Positions 18,990 through 27,892 of a DNA stretch of 53,112 bases are shown one piece after another. Position 1 is the stretch's first letter; each line of letters begins with the position of its first letter. This stretch comes from a virus (Duplodnaviria > Caudoviricetes): positions 1-53,112 of the IMG/VR virus record IMGVR_UViG_3300012204_000011, one strand, 5' to 3'. A model generated the notes under the pieces. The model did not search any database. It saw only the letters and a program-made list of their open reading frames with translations, and was not told where the DNA came from. The translations under genes and the position numbers were made by a program.

Positions 18990-19231
18990 CGCTTGCTCCG
19001 GGTGGCGATGAAGTCGACCGCCTGCTGGACGGTCTTGATCTGCTCCCCGTCGGCGTCCGTGATGTCGATCTCGAACTCCTCCTCGGCGGCCATGAGCAGC
19101 TCGATGATGTCGAGGGAGTCCGCGCCGAGGTCCTCGATGAAGGACGAGGTCGCCTTGATCTCGTCCTCGCCGACGCCCAGCTGGTCCGCGATGATGCTCT
19201 TCACCTTCTGCTCGATCTGGGCGGGCGTCAT
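18986..19231 (-). CDS. acpP: Acyl carrier protein
   Basis: [15 protein letters not shown]...[42 protein letters not shown]; intact DSL phosphopantetheinyl Ser. Confidence 0.93.
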   Translation of the reverse strand: MTPAQIEQKVKSIIADQLGVGEDEIKATSSFIEDLGADSLDIIELLMAAEEEFEIDITDADGEQIKTVQQAVDFIATRSKR

Positions 19232-19842
19232 GGCGTGGCTCCGGGCGCCTTGGGGGCGCGGGTGACCTTCTTCGCGGGGGCAGCGGGGATGCGGTAGTAG
19301 TCGTCGCGGGCGGCGGCCTGCGCGCCGAGCTCGGTCGCGAGCCCTTCGACGACGAGCTCCTCGACCTGGGGCTCGCACCACCAGAGCTCGAAGGTGGCCG
19401 CGCCGGCCGTCTTGCGGACCTCGTAGCGGTTGTCGTCGATCGAGAGGACGAGATACCCGTCGTCGCCGTCCTTCCACGCCGACCAGTCGATCGGCTTCGG
19501 CTCGGGCGGTTCGGCGGGCTCTGCGGGCGGCGGCGCAGGCGGGCGCGAGCGCGCGGAGAGCATCGCGTCGGCGATGGCGTAGGCCTCGGCCGCGAGCCAC
19601 GGCGCGTCCGGGTCGCGGTCGCTGCACCGCGCCGTGAGCCCCTGCATCGCCAGCGCGGCGAGCTGGTCGCGATCGGGCGGCGCGGCCGCGTGGCGCACGA
19701 CGATCTCGTGCTGCTCGATGCGCTCCAGGAGGGCGCGCCCGAGGCTGTCCCCGAGCGCGTGCCCGACTTCTTGGGCTGTGCCCTGCTCCACGAGCCGCCA
19801 GACGGCGCGGCGGATCGACTCCTCGTCGAAGGTCAGTTCCAC
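19228..19842 (-). CDS. Hypothetical phage protein
   Basis: [12 protein letters not shown]...[15 protein letters not shown], a widespread phage motif. Confidence 0.7.
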   Translation of the reverse strand: MELTFDEESIRRAVWRLVEQGTAQEVGHALGDSLGRALLERIEQHEIVVRHAAAPPDRDQLAALAMQGLTARCSDRDPDAPWLAAEAYAIADAMLSARSRPPAPPPAEPAEPPEPKPIDWSAWKDGDDGYLVLSIDDNRYEVRKTAGAATFELWWCEPQVEELVVEGLATELGAQAAARDDYYRIPAAPAKKVTRAPKAPGATP

Positions 19843-19852
19843 CGGACACCTC

Positions 19853-20056
19853 CTACCGGCAGAGATCGGCGGCCCGGACGCCGAGCGCCTTCGCGAGCGA
19901 CTCGAGCGTGTCGAGCGGGGGCGACCGCTGCCCGCGCTCGAGCATGGAGACGTACGAGACGGAGATCCCCGCCTTCTCGGCGAGGTCCTCCTGGCTGAGC
20001 TTCTTCGCGAGGCGACGGGCCTTCAGGTTGGCGGTGACGGTGTCGACGAGGTTCAC
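19853..20056 (-). CDS. XRE-family HTH regulator
   Basis: LSQEDLAEKAGISVSYVSMLERGQRSPPLDTLESLAKALGV. Confidence 0.9.
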   Translation of the reverse strand: MNLVDTVTANLKARRLAKKLSQEDLAEKAGISVSYVSMLERGQRSPPLDTLESLAKALGVRAADLCR

Positions 20057-20077
20057 GAGTCTTCTCCTTCGGGTTGG

Positions 20078-20278
20078 TCAGGCGTTCGTGGAGCGGGGAG
20101 ACGCGGGTCCAGCCGCGGCGGCGAGATGCGTCACGGTGGTCGGCTCCCCGGTGAGGAGCGCGCCCACGTGCGCGGTGCACGCGTGCGTGTAGTCGTCCGT
20201 CGCGGAGCCGTCGCGGAGTTCCCACTCCGCGGGCGCGTCGCAGGGGATGAAGCAGCAGTGCATGATCGGGTCAGGCAT
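20078..20278 (-). CDS. Small Cys/His protein
   Basis: CCFIPC...HACTAH. Confidence 0.55.
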   Translation of the reverse strand: MPDPIMHCCFIPCDAPAEWELRDGSATDDYTHACTAHVGALLTGEPTTVTHLAAAAGPASPRSTNA

Positions 20279-21605
20279 GGGCGGCCTCCGCAGGCGCCTC
20301 GGCGCCCTCGACCTGCCCGTCCTCGATCACGATGCCGTCGCCGCCCTTCCCGACGACCTCGAGCCAGACTTGAAGGTCCGCCTTGGCGGCCTCCTCCTCC
20401 AGGAGGGCGAGCGAGTCCTCGTCGAGGAGCGAGCCGTCGCGCACGAGCATCGCGCGCAGTTCGGGGTTGAGGGCGCTCCCGATCGCGACCGAGATCCGGA
20501 TCTGCTGCGCCTGCGAGGCCTGCTCGAGCGGAAGATCGTCGAACGTGACGCCGTCATCGGTGAAGGAGAGCCCTTCGACTGGAAGCGCCGCGTCAGCGAG
20601 GGTCTTCGCCTTATGGGCGTCGATCGCGTCGATCTCGGACTCCAGCCGGGCGGCCTCCTTCTCGGCATCGGCGAGTCGGGCGGCCTCGACTGCACGCTCC
20701 TTCTTGCGCCGCACGCGGTCGTTCACCGCGTCGAGCTCGCGGAGCTTCGCTGGGATCTCCTCCAGGTTCGGGTCGGCGAGCACGTCGACCTCGGCCTTCA
20801 GGGCGACGCCGCGCGCCTTGCAGGCGTCGAGGTCCTTCTGGTCGCCGGCGAGGAGCGCCCGGGCGTCGGCGAGCGCCTTCTCGAGCTTCGCGATCTCGCT
20901 ATGTCCCATGGCAATGCGCCGCTCGATGGCCTCGTACTTCTGACGCGCGGCAGCGAGTTCGCGCCGCTTCGCCTCGTTCGCGTCGTGCAGCGCGCGACGG
21001 CGATCCTGCTCCTCGTTGAGCGCGGCGGAACTCTCGGGCGCGTCGGGCGCCTCGACGGCCGGCATCGCAGCGAGCCGCGCCCTGATCTGGGCGAGCGAGC
21101 GGTTCGCGAGGGTCCGCTCCTCGTAGGCCTTCTGGCGCTTCGCGTCGAGCAGCGAGAAGTCGACGCCGGAGAGCTTCCGGAGCGTCTCCGCCTGCTCCTT
21201 CGCGGGGAGCCGCACGTACGCGAGCGGATCGAATGAGAGCCGGCCGATGAGCTCGTCGAGGCGCCGCTGGGGCTTGTCGAGCTTCAGCCCGTCCTGCTCC
21301 CGGTACAGTTTGAGGGCCGAGGAGATGGAGCCGTCCTCGGAGCGCCGGAACCGACGCTCGGCGATGACCCGGCCGAATTCCGGGAACTGGTCGAGTGTCG
21401 CGCGGACCATCCCCTCCGTCTCGCCGCGGCGGATGGGCTCCTTCGGGCAGAGCTTCTCGCCGCCGAGCAGACCCGGGATGCTGTCCAAGACCGAACTCTT
21501 GCCGGCGCCGTTCTTGCCCCTCACCTGGACGACGGGGCCCTTCGGCACGATGTCGATGGCACGGATGCGCTTGAAGTTGGAGACTTCTAGCCGGACGATC
21601 TTCAT
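20271..21605 (-). CDS. SMC/Rad50-like ABC-type ATPase
   Basis: LEVSNFKRI, Walker A GKNGAGKSS, long coiled coil, signature-like ASQAQQ, MLVRDGSLLD. Confidence 0.88.
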   Translation of the reverse strand: MKIVRLEVSNFKRIRAIDIVPKGPVVQVRGKNGAGKSSVLDSIPGLLGGEKLCPKEPIRRGETEGMVRATLDQFPEFGRVIAERRFRRSEDGSISSALKLYREQDGLKLDKPQRRLDELIGRLSFDPLAYVRLPAKEQAETLRKLSGVDFSLLDAKRQKAYEERTLANRSLAQIRARLAAMPAVEAPDAPESSAALNEEQDRRRALHDANEAKRRELAAARQKYEAIERRIAMGHSEIAKLEKALADARALLAGDQKDLDACKARGVALKAEVDVLADPNLEEIPAKLRELDAVNDRVRRKKERAVEAARLADAEKEAARLESEIDAIDAHKAKTLADAALPVEGLSFTDDGVTFDDLPLEQASQAQQIRISVAIGSALNPELRAMLVRDGSLLDEDSLALLEEEAAKADLQVWLEVVGKGGDGIVIEDGQVEGAEAPAEAAHA

Positions 21606-22072
21606 GCTTCCCTCCACGCCAGGCCATTCACGATCCTGGCGATCATCGAGTGGTGAACCCCGTGCCGCCGCCCGAGCGCGACATTCGTCTCGCCCGCCGC
21701 GTGCGCGGCCCTAATCTCGCGGACCAACGCGTCGTTCAACTTTGCGGAGCCGTTCGCGGCGCCGGGCGCACCGCGTTGGCGGCCCTTCTGCACCTTGTCG
21801 GCCGCGTTGTCGGTGTTCGTCCCCTCGAAGAGATGGAGGACACACGGCCGGTGGTCGCACGCGTGGAGCACCTCCATCGGTGCGGTGGGGAATGAACCGT
21901 GCTTCAGGAACCACGCGACGCGGTGGGCGAGCTCGGGCCGGCCGTTCAGCCAGAACCAGCCATAGCCGTTCATGGTTAGAGCGGCGGCCCACACCCAGCA
22001 CGGCGTCTCCATGCCGGGCATCAGCGGCCCGCTCTTGTCGACCTTCCCCCAGAAGCGCGTCGCGACGTCCAC
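21602..22072 (-). CDS. HNH homing endonuclease with C-terminal HTH
   Basis: RFWGKVDK..CWVW..GYG..AHRVAW..VLHACDHRPCV.HLFEGTNTDN; AKLN..VREIR. Confidence 0.88.
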   Translation of the reverse strand: MDVATRFWGKVDKSGPLMPGMETPCWVWAAALTMNGYGWFWLNGRPELAHRVAWFLKHGSFPTAPMEVLHACDHRPCVLHLFEGTNTDNAADKVQKGRQRGAPGAANGSAKLNDALVREIRAAHAAGETNVALGRRHGVHHSMIARIVNGLAWREA

Positions 22073-22085
22073 GATCCCCCCTGTC

Positions 22086-23135
22086 CTAGAACGGGATGTC
22101 GCTCGGGTTCGCTGCCTTCTTCGCCTCGATCGCCTTCGCGACAATCGCGACGTCTTCGTCCGTGAGCTGGGCCGCGTTCGCCTTCTTCGTGGCGTCCTTC
22201 ACGATCGCCTTGAGCTCCTCCTCCGGGAGCTGGCGGTCGAGCGCGCGGATCCGCTGCCACGGGGAGGGCTTGTCGCCGCCGCCGGCCGCGCCGGGCCCGC
22301 CGCCGATGCCGGCCTGTGCGTTCGCGCGCTTCGCGAGCATCGCCTCGGCGATGTCGAGGTCCCGCTTGCAGAAGCGGTGGTACTTCTCCTTCGCCGGGTC
22401 GGCGAGGTCGCGCTTCCATGCGGCGATGTACCAGCGCACATCGTCGTCGGCGCACTCGGAGAGCCGGGTCTTGCCGGCCTTCTTCGCGTTCCCGAACTTC
22501 AGCTCGACGTCGTCCTGCTGGTGCTGCTGACCGCCGCCCCGCGACCCGCTCTTGTGCGTGATCTGGGCGGCCTTCTCCGGGTCGAGCTTCCCGCCCGAGA
22601 GGTCGGCGAGGCGGGCCCAGGTGAGACCGCGGAGCCCGAGGAGGCGCATGACCCCGTTCACGATGAGGTTCGAGTACGCGGCCTTGAGGATGTCGTCCTC
22701 GTTGATGTCCGAGAGGTTGTCGCGCCCGCTCGCCTCGGTTCCGAGGAACTGGTCGCGCGAGCTACACGTCCCGATCACCTCCGCCGAGTCGAGCCCGCCG
22801 GGGAGCTCCACGGTCCCCGTGTACGCGTAGAAGAAGAAGTCGCCCTCGTCGTCGCGGCGCTCCTCTCGCTTGTAGGAGATCGAATGGACCTTCACCGCGC
22901 AGCGTCGCGCGATGGTCTCGGCTGCGGCGGCCGTCGGCCACGGCTTCCCGTCCATGTTCGTCCACTGCTCGGACCACGTCGCCTTGATCGCGGCGTCGCG
23001 GATCTTGTCCATCAGAGCGTTTCGCCGGTCGATCGCCTGCTCGAGCTGCTCGGGCGTCGCCTTCGCGAGCGCCGTCGGGTCGTTCAGGATCTCTATCGTC
23101 TGCTGCCCTGCGGGCGCTCCGTGCGTCGATGCCAT
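22086..23135 (-). CDS. Putative ssDNA annealing/recombination protein
   Basis: Lies between exonuclease and ATPase; GKPWPTAAAAETI, GTCSSRD, ILKAAYSN; acidic DIPF C-terminus. Confidence 0.6.
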   Translation of the reverse strand: MASTHGAPAGQQTIEILNDPTALAKATPEQLEQAIDRRNALMDKIRDAAIKATWSEQWTNMDGKPWPTAAAAETIARRCAVKVHSISYKREERRDDEGDFFFYAYTGTVELPGGLDSAEVIGTCSSRDQFLGTEASGRDNLSDINEDDILKAAYSNLIVNGVMRLLGLRGLTWARLADLSGGKLDPEKAAQITHKSGSRGGGQQHQQDDVELKFGNAKKAGKTRLSECADDDVRWYIAAWKRDLADPAKEKYHRFCKRDLDIAEAMLAKRANAQAGIGGGPGAAGGGDKPSPWQRIRALDRQLPEEELKAIVKDATKKANAAQLTDEDVAIVAKAIEAKKAANPSDIPF

Positions 23136-24157
23136 TAGTGCGTCCCTCCGTGTCCGATGCGATGGATCTTCTTCACCCAGAACGACGCGGCTTTGACCGT
23201 GTACGCTCCCCGCTCCTGCTTCTTCCCATCGACCTCGAAGTCGCCGACGAGGACGCGCGGAGCGTCGGGGAGCATCGACTTCACGAGCTTGTCGGCGCGC
23301 TCGTAGAGCTTCTTCGACTGCTCGAGCTCCTCGCGCGTCTTGAGCGCGTCGAGGAGGTCCTTCGGTGGGCTCTCCAGCACGATCGGAGCGTCGCCGTATG
23401 TGATGTCGGGGCAGCAGATGTGCTTGAACCCGCACCTCACGCACTCATCGGTGACGAGGGTCCGCGCCAGCGGCTCGCGCGCGCGGACCGCGTCGCGGAT
23501 GCGGAGCGCCTTCTTCACGATGTGCTCGTCGATGAAAGCGTCGTCGCGCGGGCAGTCGACGAAGGTGAAGTCGCCGGAGCTCTTCCCGAGGAGCGCGAAG
23601 AGCCCGAGGGGCTTCTTCTCGGTGTAGAGGTAGCCCTGGAGCTGCGAGAAATACTTCCGCACCCACGGTGACGGGTTGTGCCGGATGTCATCGATCGTCT
23701 CGATGGTGCCGGCGGTGAACTCGTTCAGACCCTTCACCTCGGTGACCACGTCGAGCGGCCAGCCCTCGCGCGTCAGCATCAGGTCGACGTGCCCGGTCAC
23801 GTCGAGATCGAGGTCGTGCCAGTCCTTCCCCCGCTGGACGACATCGAAGCCCATCGCCTCGAGCTTCCGCACCGCGTAGACTTCGAGGTGCTTCCCGAGG
23901 TCGAAGATGGCCTGCAGGCCGGCGTCGTACGGCTTCTCGCGGTTCCCCTCGGTGCGCCGGTAGTAGATGCGCCGCTCGCAGGCGTCTCCGATGCCGGAGA
24001 TGCGCGTGGTCGTCCAAGGGTGGATGCTCACGCGGCCTTCGAGGTAGCGCTGCCACTTCGCGGCGAGTTCGGCCGCCGGCGAGAACACGGGCTCGGCGGA
24101 GGTCTCGAGGGCGGGTGCGGCTGCGATCGTGTTCGCGTCCATGGTCATCCTCCTCAC
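23135..24157 (-). CDS. Cas4-like PD-(D/E)XK exonuclease with 4Fe-4S ligands
   Basis: ISGIGDAC, GKHLE, TGHVD, EVK, QLQGY, CVRCGFKHIC. Confidence 0.85.
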   Translation of the reverse strand: MRRMTMDANTIAAAPALETSAEPVFSPAAELAAKWQRYLEGRVSIHPWTTTRISGIGDACERRIYYRRTEGNREKPYDAGLQAIFDLGKHLEVYAVRKLEAMGFDVVQRGKDWHDLDLDVTGHVDLMLTREGWPLDVVTEVKGLNEFTAGTIETIDDIRHNPSPWVRKYFSQLQGYLYTEKKPLGLFALLGKSSGDFTFVDCPRDDAFIDEHIVKKALRIRDAVRAREPLARTLVTDECVRCGFKHICCPDITYGDAPIVLESPPKDLLDALKTREELEQSKKLYERADKLVKSMLPDAPRVLVGDFEVDGKKQERGAYTVKAASFWVKKIHRIGHGGTH

Positions 24158-24339
24158 GCGGCCTCGTCGGCCGCCTCCGCGTCGACGAGCCAGCCGCGGC
24201 GCTCGTCCTCGGTCACCAGCGCCCCGGGCTCCGGAACCTCGACCTGCCCGGTGCCCTTGCAGCCGAGCTCGCAGAACGGGTTGGCCGAGGGGCCGAACTT
24301 CGTGTCGATGACGCAGGCGCAGATCGCGGTCGCGCGCAT
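24154..24339 (-). CDS. Small Cys-rich protein
   Basis: CAC...CELGCKGTG. Confidence 0.5.
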   Translation of the reverse strand: MRATAICACVIDTKFGPSANPFCELGCKGTGQVEVPEPGALVTEDERRGWLVDAEAADEAA

Positions 24340-24689
24340 CAGCGGCCCCTCCCCCCGCGCCGCTCGATGCGGCGCTCCTCGTCGCGCGCCTCCTCGAAGC
24401 CCTCGCGGGCGGAGATGTCGCGGTCCCACGCCTCGGCGTGGGCCTTCTCCTGGAACGCCTTGTCCGCGGCGATCACGTCCTCGAGCTCGGGGTGCTCGAA
24501 CCCCGTCCCGACCTCGATCACCTTCTCGACCTCGACGCTTCCGTCCTCGTCGGCCGGCGACCAAGTCGTGCGCTCGCCCTTCGACGTGAACGCTCCGGGA
24601 TCCGGCGTGCCCGGGGTGACGCGGCAGGAGACGAGGAGGTCCACGTCCTCGTGCGTCCAGGAGACGGAGACGCGCGAGCTACGAGGCAT
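24339..24689 (-). CDS. Hypothetical protein
   Basis: ATG 24689 with GGAGG. Confidence 0.6.
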   Translation of the reverse strand: MPRSSRVSVSWTHEDVDLLVSCRVTPGTPDPGAFTSKGERTTWSPADEDGSVEVEKVIEVGTGFEHPELEDVIAADKAFQEKAHAEAWDRDISAREGFEEARDEERRIERRGGRGR

Positions 24690-25077
24690 GGCTGGCCTCC
24701 TCCGCCGCAGCGAAGTTCTCGCCGGTGATGAAGGCGTGGCAGGCGTCTCCACACGTCGGCGCGTCGGCGCGCTGCGGGGCGGTCTCGCACACGATGCAGG
24801 CGCCCCACGCCTCCTCGTCGAACGCGGCCGCGATCGAGCAGTAACCCTTCCCGTCGGTGCCGATGACGACTGCAGCGTCGTGGCAGCAGGGGCAGGGCTC
24901 GAGGCCGTCGCCGTGGCAGCGCTCGCAGTCGCGCAGCGCGTAGTCGGGAGACTCCTGCGCCGAGGAGCGGGCGGCGAGCTGGACCTCGACGACCTTCTCG
25001 CCGTCGCACGCCGCGCAGAGCAGCTCGCCCCTCGTGTTCCGCGGCCAGGCCTTCGTCGATATGCGTTCCTGCATCAC
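24679..25077 (-). CDS. Zn-finger protein (DnaJ-type CxxCxGxG repeats), first gene of left operon
   Basis: CAACDGEK, CERCHGDG, CPCC, CIVC. Confidence 0.65.
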   Translation of the reverse strand: MMQERISTKAWPRNTRGELLCAACDGEKVVEVQLAARSSAQESPDYALRDCERCHGDGLEPCPCCHDAAVVIGTDGKGYCSIAAAFDEEAWGACIVCETAPQRADAPTCGDACHAFITGENFAAAEEASHAS

Positions 25078-25108
25078 CGTATGCCCCCGTGTGCTCCCCG
25101 TGGCGTAG

Positions 25109-25154
25109 TGTTGGTGTATCTACCAGCATCACCGGGAGGGTGTCAACACCAACA
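25109..25154 (-). promoter_or_regulatory. Leftward early promoter with two operators
   Basis: TTGACA (25146-25141) N18 TAGATA with TG extension; operators TGTTGGTGTATCTACCAGCA (25109-25128) and GGTGTCAACACCAACA (25139-25154). Confidence 0.7.
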
Positions 25155-25160
25155 TCGCAG

Positions 25161-25191
25161 AAAAAGAAAACCGCCCAACAAGCGGGCGGTT
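25161..25191 (-). terminator. Rho-independent terminator of repressor operon
   Basis: AACCGCCC/GGGCGGTT stem followed on minus strand by TTCTTTTT. Confidence 0.75.
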
Positions 25192-25215
25192 CGGTAGGTC
25201 GTCAGAGGAGGGGAG

Positions 25216-25458
25216 CTAGGTGGCGAGGCGCGGACGCCCGCGACGGAGCGGGCGCAGCTCGGCCTGGAGAATCTCGAGCGCGTCGAACAGGTAGTCGACG
25301 CCCATCGCCGGGTCGTTCCCGGACAAGGCCATCCCGGCGAGCCGGGCGGTGTGGCGGAGTTGCTTCGCGAGTCGGGAGAGCTGCCTCAGATCCGGTTCGG
25401 GGGCCGAGTCGCCACGGTGGCGCTCATCCGTCCCCCTACGGATGGTGTTGGGTCGCAT
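25216..25458 (-). CDS. Hypothetical protein downstream of repressor
   Basis: 80 aa helical ORF ending just before terminator. Confidence 0.5.
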   Translation of the reverse strand: MRPNTIRRGTDERHRGDSAPEPDLRQLSRLAKQLRHTARLAGMALSGNDPAMGVDYLFDALEILQAELRPLRRGRPRLAT

Positions 25459-25589
25459 GGAACCCGAACGGTAGCATGCGCCGCGCCGCCGGGGCCCGTC
25501 GCTTGGGCGCGGTACAACGGCGCGGGAACACTCGGCGTGCGGCTCAAGTGTCCCGTGAATACTGGACGAAACGCCCTAGACCCAGGGGG

Positions 25590-25940
25590 TCAGTCCTTGG
25601 ACCCGCGGAGGGCCCGAAGGATCCCTTCTGCCGCATCCCCGTCCTTCCATCTCACGAGCGGCCAGCCCAGCGGGGCGCCCTCGGGGCGGCCCTTGATCTT
25701 GCCGGCCGCCATCGCGATGCGGCCGAGGTGCTCGTAGTCGAAGCGCGCGCCGGCGCGCTCGTTCATGCGATGCCGGAACTCGGATGTCGCGTCCCGCGGC
25801 GTCATCTCCGGGAACGCAGCCTCGGCCAACCGCTGCTGCGTGCCGCGCGGCGCGGCGTCGATGAACGCCTGGATCTCGGCGGTCAGCCCCTCGTAGGAGT
25901 ACCGCTCCTCGGCTTCCGTCGGCCGCTTCGGGGGAGACAT
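25590..25940 (-). CDS. Putative immunity repressor (divergent HTH, no peptidase domain)
   Basis: cI position divergent from Cro-like gene; RGTQQRLAEAAF...SEFRHRMN HTH-like; start uncertain (25940/25952/25988). Confidence 0.55.
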   Translation of the reverse strand: MSPPKRPTEAEERYSYEGLTAEIQAFIDAAPRGTQQRLAEAAFPEMTPRDATSEFRHRMNERAGARFDYEHLGRIAMAAGKIKGRPEGAPLGWPLVRWKDGDAAEGILRALRGSKD

Positions 25941-25973
25941 CCCGGAAATCATACGACGGCTCGCGGGTTTCCG

Positions 25974-26029
25974 TGTTGGTATCGGCATGGTGTAGACGCC
26001 AGTCTTGCGTGCTGGTATACACACCAACA
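25974..26029 (+). promoter_or_regulatory. Rightward early promoter with operators
   Basis: TAGACG (25993) N17 TATACA (26016) with TG extension; operators TGCTGGTATACACACCAACA (26010-26029), TGGTGTAGACGCCA (25988-26001). Confidence 0.7.
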
Positions 26030-26308
26030 ATGAACGTCGAACGCCTGGGCCGCCGAATCCGCGAGTTGCGCATCGAGCGCAAGCTCTCGGCGACCGCAGT
26101 AGCCAAGCGCGCCCTCCTCGACCGCTCCGACTACTGGCGGATCGAGAACGGGCGCGGCCCGAAGTCGATCGGCATCGACCGGCTCGAGCGGATCGCGAAG
26201 GCGCTCGGCGTCCCGCTCTCCGCGCTCCTCGAGGTCAGCAAGGGACGCCGGGTGGCGCCAGGTCGTCGCGCTGCTCATACGGTCCGTACGGTCCCTCACG
26301 CCGGGTAA
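26030..26308 (+). CDS. Cro-like XRE regulator
   Basis: LGRRIRELRIERKLSATAVAKRALLDRSDYWRIENG...IDRLERIAKALGV. Confidence 0.85.
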   Translation: MNVERLGRRIRELRIERKLSATAVAKRALLDRSDYWRIENGRGPKSIGIDRLERIAKALGVPLSALLEVSKGRRVAPGRRAAHTVRTVPHAG

Positions 26309-26405
26309 CAAGGCCAGATCCCATGCGTATCCGTGACAGGCGGGCAGAGCACCGAACCGGGGAGAACGCTGAGCACGCGACAGGGAACGGGAAGGGGGCG
26401 GGTCG

Positions 26406-26495
26406 ATGGCGGCAAGGACGATAGAGGCGGCGGGCATCATCCTCGGGTTCGGCTTCGTCGTGTGGGCTGCGTGCCGCTTCGCGGGGATGCTCTGA
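26406..26495 (+). CDS. Small membrane peptide (29 aa)
   Basis: MAARTIEAAGIILGFGFVVWAACRFAGML, TGATG-coupled to next ORF. Confidence 0.4.
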   Translation: MAARTIEAAGIILGFGFVVWAACRFAGML

Positions 26496-26629
26496 TGCTG
26501 CCCGCCTACGCCGTAGTGACGTTCGAGCCCGCCGAGTCCGTGGCGCCGCTCGAGGAGCGGATCCCTGGGCACGTGAACTGCCGGTGTACCGTGACGCTGG
26601 TCACCGCGACGCGGGCGGTGCGCGCGTGA
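26495..26629 (+). CDS. Small hypothetical protein
   Basis: Coupled at both ends. Confidence 0.4.
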   Translation: MLPAYAVVTFEPAESVAPLEERIPGHVNCRCTVTLVTATRAVRA

Positions 26630-27102
26630 ACGCGTGCCCTGCTCCGGCCCCCGGGCGTACACGCCTCCGCGGCGAAGCTCCGCTCTCCGGAGCCGGTCCG
26701 CAAGCCGCTGCGCGGGGTCGCCCCCTCTCGGCGCGCCTGAGCAGGTTCGTGACGCCCGTGCAGGCCATGCTCGGGATCGCGGGGATCGTGGTCGCGCTCA
26801 CGGTCGCCGAACGCGCAGCGCCAGCGCGGCCGCCGCTCCCCAACGCGCTTCCGGCGCTCGAGCACCTCCGGAAGCAGGTGGCACGGCTCGACCCGTTCGC
26901 CTACGCGGTGCCCGCCGGCCTCGGGTGCCGGGCCGCGTGCGAGCTCGGCGCCAAGCGGATCCGGTTCCACGCGGGCGAGGCGCTCTGCGACTGCCGGCTG
27001 CTCACGGCGATAGGCGTCCACCGGATGCCGAGGGCCGCACGGTTCGAGACCGTGGTCGGGCCGACCGGCCCGGTGATCGCTGACGCGGGAGGCGCGCCGT
27101 GA
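26626..27102 (+). CDS. Hypothetical membrane-anchored protein
   Basis: Hydrophobic AMLGIAGIVVALTVA; CRAAC..CDC. Confidence 0.5.
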   Translation: MNACPAPAPGRTRLRGEAPLSGAGPQAAARGRPLSARLSRFVTPVQAMLGIAGIVVALTVAERAAPARPPLPNALPALEHLRKQVARLDPFAYAVPAGLGCRAACELGAKRIRFHAGEALCDCRLLTAIGVHRMPRAARFETVVGPTGPVIADAGGAP

Positions 27103-27503
27103 TCGAGATTCCGCTCACGAAGGGCAAGGTGGCCCTGATCGACGACGAGGACGCGCACCTCGCGCGATTCAAGTGGTGGGCGGCCCGGACCCACTTCGGC
27201 GAGTTCGCCAAGCTGAACTTCCCCGAGGACGCTGGCGCCCCGCCGACGCGCGCGACCCTCCGCTTTCCAGGGGCGAAGCTGTCGTTCGCCCAGGTCGCGG
27301 AAATCCAGGGACGCCGCGCCTCCGGGGAGCGCGCCGCCGCGTTGGCGATGGAGTACGGCGTCGCCAAGAGCACGGTCAACCGGCTCGTGTGCGGATGCAG
27401 TTGGGCGGGCGCGCCCGGCGGCGGGTTCCCGATCGTCAGGCCCGGTGCGGCGGCCGAGGACGCCGCCGTTGCCGGGCTCGCTCTCTCAGGAGGGCAGCGC
27501 TGA
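27099..27503 (+). pseudogene. Internally deleted HNH-AP2 endonuclease retaining C-terminal HTH
   Basis: IPLTKGKVALIDDEDAHLARFKWW fused directly to AARTHFGEFAKLNFP; HNH and AP2 cores absent. Confidence 0.75.
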
Positions 27504-27892
27504 TGGCCTGCGCCGAGCCCTGCCCTGAAGGCTGCGATGCCGCCTGCGAGGTCCACGCGGCGTGGAAGCCGGATCCGCAGCGGCAGCACCCGGGGGTCGA
27601 CCGGGAGCCGCGGGCGGAGTCGATGCGGTTCCTGCCGGACAGGAAGGGCGGCGGGCGCGTGCAGGTCGCACCGCTCTCGTCTTGGGCGCGGCTCGGCCCC
27701 TGGAGCACGGTCGCGCGGAAGCGGCCACTTCTCGCGGCAGCCCTGCTCCTCGCCTTCGGCCTCGCGAGCTGCGCCTCGGAGCGACCGGCGTTTCACCTCC
27801 GCCCGCGGATCGCGCGGTGCGTCGCCGAGGGCCGGATGCTCACGCGCACCGGGGACCAGATCGAGTGCCCGGGCCCACGGAGGTCGCGATGA
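27503..27892 (+). CDS. Hypothetical protein with hydrophobic/lipobox-like segment
   Basis: LLAAALLLAFGLASC. Confidence 0.45.
   Translation: MACAEPCPEGCDAACEVHAAWKPDPQRQHPGVDREPRAESMRFLPDRKGGGRVQVAPLSSWARLGPWSTVARKRPLLAAALLLAFGLASCASERPAFHLRPRIARCVAEGRMLTRTGDQIECPGPRRSR

Noticed and set aside
23135-24157. Cas4-like gene as sign of a CRISPR-Cas system
   Set aside because: No cas1/cas2 or repeat-spacer array seen; context is a phage recombination module
26560-26590. HVNCRC resembling head-morphogenesis HPNCRC motif
   Set aside because: Only six residues in a 44-aa ORF far from the head genes
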